Of a stretch of 13,771 nt of DNA, positions 7,694-13,771 are shown piece after piece. The position numbers were made by a program, and so were the translations under genes. The notes below the pieces were generated by a model. That model was given only the letters and a program-made list of their open reading frames with translations. It was not told the origin of the DNA and made no database searches. Source of the stretch: an uncultured archaeon (GTDB taxonomy: Archaea; Asgardarchaeota; Jordiarchaeia; Jordiarchaeales; Jordiarchaeaceae); the NCBI GenBank assembly GCA_964510585.1, contig CAZECW010000070.1, positions 1-13,771 of the forward strand, in the 5' to 3' direction. Positions within the stretch are counted from its first letter, which is position 1. Each line of letters opens with the position of its first letter.

Positions 7694-7770
7694 TAAACAC
7701 CACAATAATAAGATAACCATAAATCCCATTAGTCGGGGTGACTTAACCCAGCTTGGAAGGAGGTTTTTTC

Positions 7771-8610
7771 GTGTGCCAGTATTGTGTTGAACACGGTCAA
7801 GGTACCAAATGGTATTTGAATCCAAAGAATATTAACCTTAAGAAGGCTTGGGAAGATGCTAACATTCGATCGGTTATGGAGTCTCTGGCACTAGGCGGCC
7901 CTAAGGCTCTGGTTGAAACCATAGCATCCGTTAATGCCCTAGTTGAGGAATTGCCCTATTCCAAGGATGCACTAGAAGCATTAAATAAGATGTCTGAGGG
8001 AGCTAACGGAGGCCAAGTCGTTCCCCTAGAAGACACAATCCAAATACTAAAGACTCCTCAGAAGTTTGACATGAAAATAGGGCTAACCTACTGCGCCTGC
8101 AGAAAACATTGGGGAGGACAAAACAAAATGGTCTGCATGCATTTCGAACCATTCTGCGACCTCCTAAAAAAGTCACAGGGCACCCTATCAAAGTATGATA
8201 GATACATCACACCTGAAGAAGCCATAGAACTCTGCAAGGACTGCTACAAGGAGGGACTCGTACAGTGGGTCCAATGGTGTTCAATGCCCAACGTAATAGG
8301 TATCTGCAACTGTGAATTACCCTACTGCATAGTATTCAGAACAAGGCTAATTTCCGGTGTCAGAAACGCAGCCATAAAAAGCCACTACATTGCACAGATT
8401 GACCAGAACAAGTGTGACGGTTGCGGAGGAAGCCCCCAATGCCTACTGGCATGCAACTTTGGAGCCATAAGGTTCTCCAGACTTGAACAGTACTCAGTCG
8501 TTGACCCCACAGTATGCTTCGGCTGCGGAGTATGCAGAGAACGGTGCCCAAACAAAGCCATAAGCCTCATTGACAGAGAGAGTGTGGCAGTGGCAAAAGA
8601 CCTGTGGTAA
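7771..8610 (+). CDS. Cys-rich Fe-S protein with a C-terminal 2x[4Fe-4S] dicluster domain (MCxxCxxHG...KWY family), 279 aa
   Basis: AGGAGGT RBS at 7758-7764 favours GTG 7771 over TTG 7753. Motifs MCQYCVEHGQGTKWYL, CACR, GLVQ, ICNC-x4-C, CDGC-x5-C-x3-C and CFGCGVCRERCP; 20 Cys in total. Confidence 0.88.
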   Translation: MCQYCVEHGQGTKWYLNPKNINLKKAWEDANIRSVMESLALGGPKALVETIASVNALVEELPYSKDALEALNKMSEGANGGQVVPLEDTIQILKTPQKFDMKIGLTYCACRKHWGGQNKMVCMHFEPFCDLLKKSQGTLSKYDRYITPEEAIELCKDCYKEGLVQWVQWCSMPNVIGICNCELPYCIVFRTRLISGVRNAAIKSHYIAQIDQNKCDGCGGSPQCLLACNFGAIRFSRLEQYSVVDPTVCFGCGVCRERCPNKAISLIDRESVAVAKDLW

Positions 8611-8634
8611 TCGAAAAAAAGGGAGGCAACAATA

Positions 8635-8868
8635 TTGAAAAAGTACAGCATATTTGTTGACATGGGGAAGTGTGTGGCACCCAAAAATTGTGATTTGAAA
8701 TGTATTAAGACTTGCCCCCTTAAAGTATTCGCTTACTACCCTATTGACACTTCAAGAGAGGACAGCCCAGTTATGATAACCGCTACTTTCCCCTTTTCTT
8801 GTAATGGCTGCAATCTCTGCGTCGCAGCTTGCGAACCAAAGGCCATTTCCGTTTCACCACCAAAATAG
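8635..8868 (+). CDS. Ferredoxin, 2x[4Fe-4S] type, 77 aa
   Basis: GGAGG RBS at 8622-8626 and TTG start. Motifs C-x5-C-x3-C-x3-CP and CNGCNLCVAACEP. Confidence 0.88.
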   Translation: MKKYSIFVDMGKCVAPKNCDLKCIKTCPLKVFAYYPIDTSREDSPVMITATFPFSCNGCNLCVAACEPKAISVSPPK

Positions 8869-8976
8869 TCTTAGGATAAATTTAGGGATAAAAATAAGTT
8901 TCTGAGGTCATAGGTAAGCAAAATAATTTTTCATTCTGTTTTTTAGTAAAAATCAAAAACTTTTAGGATGTTTTCT

Positions 8977-8995
8977 AGAAAAACTATTTATTTAA
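8977..8995 (+). promoter_or_regulatory. BRE/TATA candidate for the PaaK-like pair
   Basis: AGAAAAAC followed by TATTTATTTAA, about 80 nt upstream of ATG 9073. Confidence 0.4.
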
Positions 8996-9072
8996 CATAA
9001 TCAAAATAAGAGTGACTTCCCCTATTTTCAGACCTTTGCACAAAAGGAATTATTTTTTTGGGAGAGATTAAA

Positions 9073-10149
9073 ATGGAGATTGAAACTCTTTACAACCCCG
9101 AAATTGAAAAAATGCCTCGGTCTGAAATTGAAAAACTCCAATTAGATCGTCTAAAGAGACAGGTAAAATATGTTCTCAACTATTCCAATATGGAGCGGGA
9201 GAAACTCCAAGACGCAGGAATAAGAGAAGACTCAATTAAAACACTGGGAGACTTGGCTAAAATACCCACAATAACCCTTGAGGAGATAAGAAAAAAGATC
9301 ACAGATACAGGAGACCCCTACGGCGGTACCCGCTGCATCGGAGAAGGACAGTTCTGCGTGGTTTTTGAAATCTTTGACCAGGCTCCACCCCAAAAAGACC
9401 CGTTTTATCTAACCATGACTAGGGGAGACTTTATGAACGCTGTAGAAATGTTCACTCGTTACTTTACAATGATAGGTGTAAGAAAAGGAGACCGCATGTT
9501 AATACAGGGAGTCGTAGATCCCACGGACATCTATCCGGCCATAATTAATTCCACAAGTCTACATCTTGCACCCTCAGTTGTGGAGATTTTAGGCAGCCTT
9601 TCGCTTCAAATAGGGATACCCATGCCTCGACTCCTAGCCGCGGGAATAGATGGGGCAAAAGCCTTTAATTGGGTTAAATTCTTCAAATCCCCAGTACTTG
9701 TAGTTTCACCTGAAATGGTGAACCAAATCGCCGCCATCGCCGAAATGGAGGGAATAAAAGCCAAAGATCTAGGAGTTAAAATCATTGTTTACCCAGACCA
9801 CAAAAACCTTCTTAAACCCAGCAAGAGACGGGAGCTTCAAGAAATTTGGAACGCAGAAGTTTATAGTATGCTGTGCAACTCGGAAACCGCTCTCCACGCA
9901 ATAGAATGCAGGGAGCACGCTGGACTACATGTTTGGGAGGATCTTTACTTAGTTGAGGCTGTGGATTCTAAAAGTGGCAATCCCGTTTCGGAAGGAGAAA
10001 CGGGAAAACTGACCATCACAAACCTTTACGCTCAAGGAACACCGCTTCTAAGATATGTGACGGACATCGATGTCAAACTAGATAAAACTGTTTGTAAGTG
10101 TGGGAGAACTCATGTGAGAATACTCTCCCGGGATTACAAGGAGGAATAG
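9073..10149 (+). CDS. PaaK/F390-synthetase-family paralog, degenerate: no P-loop and no C-terminal domain (358 aa)
   Basis: PaaK-like N-terminus (YNPEIEKMPRSEIEKLQLDRLK), HAIECREHAGLHVWEDLYLVE, GETGKLTITNL, PLLRY, CKCGRTH. The SSGTTG position reads IFDQAPPQKDP, and the protein stops just after CGRTHVRILSR. GGGAG RBS precedes ATG 9073. Confidence 0.85.
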   Translation: MEIETLYNPEIEKMPRSEIEKLQLDRLKRQVKYVLNYSNMEREKLQDAGIREDSIKTLGDLAKIPTITLEEIRKKITDTGDPYGGTRCIGEGQFCVVFEIFDQAPPQKDPFYLTMTRGDFMNAVEMFTRYFTMIGVRKGDRMLIQGVVDPTDIYPAIINSTSLHLAPSVVEILGSLSLQIGIPMPRLLAAGIDGAKAFNWVKFFKSPVLVVSPEMVNQIAAIAEMEGIKAKDLGVKIIVYPDHKNLLKPSKRRELQEIWNAEVYSMLCNSETALHAIECREHAGLHVWEDLYLVEAVDSKSGNPVSEGETGKLTITNLYAQGTPLLRYVTDIDVKLDKTVCKCGRTHVRILSRDYKEE

Positions 10150-10152
10150 AGT

Positions 10153-11496
10153 ATGAGTGAGTACTGGAATCCTCAAATGGAAACTATGAAAAAAGTTGAA
10201 TTAGAAGAACTTAGGCTAAAAAGGATAAAAGCTATAGTGAACTACACCTATAGGAACTCCCAATTCTACAAAGAATTATACGAGGATATGGGAGCAAACC
10301 CGGAAGACGTGAAAACCTATGACGACTTTAGGAATAAAATCCCCCTATTCCGTAAAGACCAAATTCGAGATAAAAGGGTGGAAACCGGAGACCCCTTTGG
10401 CACTATGCTTACAATTCCCCCAGACCAGATAGAAAGAATACATCCCTCAACTGGAACTACGGGAGCTCCCACCTTCACTGCTCTCACAGCGGAGGAAGTT
10501 CACGTAGCCAGTGAGCCGTGCACAAGGCTAGCTTGGATGTGGAAAATACGCCCCGGAATGAGGCTGCTTTCCGCTATACACTTTGTGGGATTCTGGCATT
10601 GGTGGAGCACCTTTTTAGGCGTCCTCACAATGAACAAGCTGGGTCTTAATACTGAGCTCATCGCTTATAATGCCTACTTGCATTTATTCGGATTTCCCAC
10701 CGCACGTATGTCTCTGGGAAAGTTTAGGGGTGACTGGGCACTTTTACCGCCAGATACAGCTTTGGCATGTATTAATGAGTTCGCAAGGATGGGTAAGGAT
10801 CCCAAGGACGCCATTCCGGGCCTGAAGTATGTAACATCAGCTGGTGAGGCCATTTCTCCAAAACACAGAAGGTATCTTATGGAAAAATTCGGGCTCCTAG
10901 ACTGGTTTGACGCCTGGGGCTGCAGTGATCCATTCACTTTAGCCGGAGAATGTTATGTTCACGATGGTCTCCACACATGTTCAGACTACTGGAGCCTAGA
11001 GCTTATTGACGCCGAGACCGAAGAACTCCTAGGCCCGGGTGAGAAGGGAGAAATAGTGGTCACAAATCTCTGGATGCGAGCCTTACCCTTTGTAAGATTC
11101 GGCACCGAGGACTTTGGAGAACAGATAGATGAAACCTGTAAATGTGGAAGAACCCACCATCGGGTTAAGGTTTTTGACCGAGCCTCATGGGTTGTTAATG
11201 TTGCCGGAAAGAAGATTTCCCCATTTGCTCTGAGACTCATCATGGAGCGTCACCCAGAAACTGAGGAGGCTTCATTTAACATTATTAAATACGCTAAAAA
11301 AATGGACACACTAAAGATTAAGGCATCCTACAAGGAGAGCATAACAAAAGATCCTGAGGAGCTTAAAAAGAGAATAGCTGGAGAAATAAAGAGTGAACTG
11401 GGGGTTGAAGCAGAAATCGAATGGGTTCCCTACGAACAATTGCATAAAACTCTGCACAAAATTACTAGAATGGTGGATCTCACAAAGGAAGGCTAG
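10153..11496 (+). CDS. Phenylacetate-CoA ligase (PaaK)-family adenylate-forming enzyme, apparently complete, 447 aa
   Basis: P-loop PSTGTTGAPT, SAGEA, DAWGCSD, GEKGEIVVTNL, PFVRFGTED, CKCGRTH, DR hinge and C-terminal HKITRMVD with the A10 Lys. Starts 3 nt after the upstream stop, with GAGGA RBS inside the upstream gene's last codons. Confidence 0.9.
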   Translation: MSEYWNPQMETMKKVELEELRLKRIKAIVNYTYRNSQFYKELYEDMGANPEDVKTYDDFRNKIPLFRKDQIRDKRVETGDPFGTMLTIPPDQIERIHPSTGTTGAPTFTALTAEEVHVASEPCTRLAWMWKIRPGMRLLSAIHFVGFWHWWSTFLGVLTMNKLGLNTELIAYNAYLHLFGFPTARMSLGKFRGDWALLPPDTALACINEFARMGKDPKDAIPGLKYVTSAGEAISPKHRRYLMEKFGLLDWFDAWGCSDPFTLAGECYVHDGLHTCSDYWSLELIDAETEELLGPGEKGEIVVTNLWMRALPFVRFGTEDFGEQIDETCKCGRTHHRVKVFDRASWVVNVAGKKISPFALRLIMERHPETEEASFNIIKYAKKMDTLKIKASYKESITKDPEELKKRIAGEIKSELGVEAEIEWVPYEQLHKTLHKITRMVDLTKEG

Positions 11497-11509
11497 TTTA
11501 AGCCAACAC

Positions 11510-11519
11510 TTTTTTCTTT
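11510..11519 (+). terminator. Probable oligo-T terminator after the PaaK-like pair
   Basis: TTTTTTCTTT 14 nt after TAG 11496. Confidence 0.5.
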
Positions 11520-11562
11520 CAAAAATTTTTAGCATCCATTAAAAAATTTTCTTACTACTATT

Positions 11563-11578
11563 CAGAAAATTTTAATAT
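11563..11578 (+). promoter_or_regulatory. BRE/TATA candidate for the flavoprotein gene
   Basis: CAGAAAAT followed by TTTAATAT, about 100 nt upstream of ATG 11678. Confidence 0.45.
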
Positions 11579-11677
11579 CAACCCCCATTTATATCGGTTT
11601 AACAGTTCCTTGGAAGTATCGGCTTCCAGAAAAATCGGTTTATCATTGGAGAATTGACTCAGTGTGGATGGATGAAG

Positions 11678-13174
11678 ATGTCTGAAAAGTATGATGTGAT
11701 AGTGGTTGGTGCGGGTCTTGGAGGACTCTCCGCAGCAGCATCGCTTGCCAAGAATGGGCAGAGGGTTCTCCTATTAGAGAAGCATTACAGGCCTGGCGGT
11801 TATGCGGGCAGTTTTGTTCGTGGCAGATTTGAGTTCGAAATTGCGCTGCATGAACTCTCTGGTTTGAACCTGGATGCTAAACGCGGCTTCTTCTACAAGT
11901 ATTTGGAGAATCTGGGAATAACAAAGAAGGTTGAATTCGTCAAGCTTAATACTGTTTACCGCTCCGTTTTTTCCGACATGGAGGTCACTGTTCCAGCGGG
12001 AAGAGAAGAGGCGGAGGGCGTTTTGGTAGACACATTTCCCAACGAGGCTGAAGGAATAAAACGCTTCATGGCGAGAATGACCGCTACCAACCGAGCCCTA
12101 ACCCTAATACAGAGGGGAGAAAGCTTTTCTCACCCCGAAATCAAAGAAAACTTCCTACCATACCTGGACAAAACCCTAGCCGACGTCCTATACGCCGATG
12201 TTAAAGACCCTAAAGCCCGGGCGGTCTTATCCCAACTAATGGGCTACTGTGGACTACCCCCATCAGAACTAGCATACGTAATATACGCAGTTGTATATGA
12301 CACCTATATTCACTATGGGGGAGCCCAAGTCAAAGGAACATCTCAAAGCCTCGCCAACGCCTTCGTAGATGTTATCCAGGAGTCGGATAGCGAAGTTCGG
12401 CTCAACTGCGGGGTTAAAAAAATACTCACCCAAGGCGACCGAGTAACAGGAGTGGTGACGGAGAATGGTGAAACATTCCATTCAAACCACATCATATCGA
12501 ATGTTAACCCATTAACAACCTGCGCCAAAATGATTGGTGCAGATAAAGTTCCAAGTTCCTTTTTTGAAAAATTTCAAACCAAAGAAATAGCTATGGGAAC
12601 CATGAACGTCTACCTGGGATTAGACGCACCCCACCAAGAACTGGGAATAGATGAGTTCGAAATATTCTTTAACGAGGGCTACGACTTTGACGCAGCTTGG
12701 GCAAAAAGTAGAGTCAGCATAGAACCCGCAGACTTCGCCCTAGCCACCTACAATGTTGCATACCCGGAAGCCTCTCCTCCAGGAACCACAGCTGCAGTCA
12801 TCACCACCCTAAGCTACGCCGAACCCTGGTACAAGGTTCCCCCCTCAGAATACGTAGACACCAAGAACAGGATGGGCGAAAAACTACTAGAAAAATTGGA
12901 AAAATTCTACCCCGGAATCAGAGAACACATAGAGGTAATTGAAGTATCCACACCACTAACAAACATGCGCTACACAGGAAACCCCGGAGGCTCCATCCTC
13001 GGCACCCCTTACAGCCCCAACAACATATTTGGAAACCGTTTACCCCAACAGGGACCATTAAAGGGACTGTACTTTGCGGGAGCCTGGACCCAGATAGGGG
13101 GAGGCTTCCAGACCTGTATCATGTCCGGGATGTTAGCCGCACAAATAGTAATGGCCCAACTAATGAAAAAATGA
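11678..13174 (+). CDS. Phytoene dehydrogenase-like (COG1233; CrtI/CrtISO/RetSat superfamily) FAD-dependent oxidoreductase, 498 aa
   Basis: Dinucleotide-binding YDVIVVGAGLGGLSAA...LLEK, PGGYAGSFVRGRFEFE, V-x-K-I...GV-x-T, TPLT-x2-RYTGNPGGSI, LKGLYFAGAW...GGG...CIMSG. ATG 11678 gives the expected MSEKYDVIVVG start. Confidence 0.9.
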   Translation: MSEKYDVIVVGAGLGGLSAAASLAKNGQRVLLLEKHYRPGGYAGSFVRGRFEFEIALHELSGLNLDAKRGFFYKYLENLGITKKVEFVKLNTVYRSVFSDMEVTVPAGREEAEGVLVDTFPNEAEGIKRFMARMTATNRALTLIQRGESFSHPEIKENFLPYLDKTLADVLYADVKDPKARAVLSQLMGYCGLPPSELAYVIYAVVYDTYIHYGGAQVKGTSQSLANAFVDVIQESDSEVRLNCGVKKILTQGDRVTGVVTENGETFHSNHIISNVNPLTTCAKMIGADKVPSSFFEKFQTKEIAMGTMNVYLGLDAPHQELGIDEFEIFFNEGYDFDAAWAKSRVSIEPADFALATYNVAYPEASPPGTTAAVITTLSYAEPWYKVPPSEYVDTKNRMGEKLLEKLEKFYPGIREHIEVIEVSTPLTNMRYTGNPGGSILGTPYSPNNIFGNRLPQQGPLKGLYFAGAWTQIGGGFQTCIMSGMLAAQIVMAQLMKK

Positions 13175-13638
13175 AAAATAAAAGCCGAAAAATTGGAAGC
13201 TACACAAAGGAAACCAACTCCTAAAAAAAGGCTGAGAACCTACACCTTAAACACGCTTGAGTTAAACCTTCTACATCCCTGTAACGCTCATATCTCCGGA
13301 CAGTAAGTAATAAAAGAACAAAGCCTCCCAAATGAAAATTATGCCCAACAACCCGGACACCAAAAAACAGCTATTAAACCCACCGAAGGGGGGTGACCGC
13401 CGAAAATACTTAAGGCTAGTATAGGGTGCCGAGAAAGAAACTATTTTTCCCTATGCGTAGAAAAAAATGATAAACCAACTGGTAGCAGAAAAATTAGACA
13501 AGACTCAATGGTAAGACTAACTAACATGGGAAACATTCATACGCTTAAGCGTTTTAGACAGAAATATGAAAAAAGTTTTTCATGGCAAAACTAAAATAAA
13601 AAGTGGAATGATGCCCATGCCAAAAGGTCGTAACAGCA

Positions 13639-13770
13639 TTAATTGTTGCTCTGTGATTTTGAAGCATGTTCCCTGATAAATTCTCTTATGATGAATGCAT
13701 ATAAAACATTCAAAACCGTGGCAGATAATAGTAACCAGAAAAATATTGATGTAATTTGTTCCGTGTAGAG
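13639..13770 (-). CDS. Possible 3' end of a membrane-protein gene entering from the right edge
   Basis: Open minus frame LYTEQITSIFFWLLLSATVLNVLYAFIIREFIREHASKSQSNN*: a hydrophobic helix followed by a polar tail. Only 43 codons are visible. Confidence 0.35.
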   Translation of the reverse strand, partial: LYTEQITSIFFWLLLSATVLNVLYAFIIREFIREHASKSQSNN

Positions 13771-13771
13771 A

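Noticed and set aside
6524-12528. Remaining short ORFs overlapping the kinase, Fe-S, PaaK-like and flavoprotein genes
   Set aside because: Antisense or alternate-frame shadows with no independent evidence.
11678-13174. Carotenoid biosynthesis cluster / crtI symbol
   Set aside because: Only fold-level similarity, and no companion crt genes are visible.
13175-13400. Minus-strand peptide fragments (FWCPGCW, ACLRCRF) and the small hairpin CCCACCGAAGGGGGG as a transposon or IS remnant
   Set aside because: The frames are short and interrupted by stops. No terminal inverted repeats or target duplication are seen, and the hairpin is weak.
1-13771. CRISPR array, tRNA, rRNA, integrase/transposase, or recoded stop codons (Sec/Pyl)
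   Set aside because: I saw no regularly spaced repeats, cloverleaf or rRNA-like segments, or recombinase motifs. All main genes are open without internal stops.

Overview
This looks like a gene-dense window from an anaerobic archaeon. The basis is BRE/TATA-like promoters, GGAGG/GGTGA ribosome-binding sites, oligo-T terminators, an ADP-dependent sugar kinase and a CooS-type CODH; the lineage cannot be fixed from sequence alone. The minus strand (1-4683) carries a non-canonical CooS-family protein that runs off the window edge (C-cluster Cys295 replaced by Glu, His93 by Tyr, CxxC D-cluster), an HSL-family esterase, a V4R/ATC-hydrolase-like protein and an alkyltransferase-like protein. The plus strand (5051-13174) carries a GlmS isomerase-domain-only protein coupled to an ADP-dependent glucokinase-type kinase, a 20-Cys Fe-S protein with a ferredoxin, and a tandem PaaK-like pair whose first copy is a truncated, P-loop-less probable pseudoenzyme. 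An orphan CrtI/COG1233-like flavoprotein follows. A short nucleotidyltransferase-like remnant lies at 4777-4887, and the 3' end of a possible membrane-protein gene enters at the right edge. I found no rRNA, tRNA, CRISPR array or intact mobile element. Several transcription units show a strong G/T-rich 5' to C/A-rich 3' gradient that continues past the stop codons. All family calls are from recalled motifs; no database search was run.
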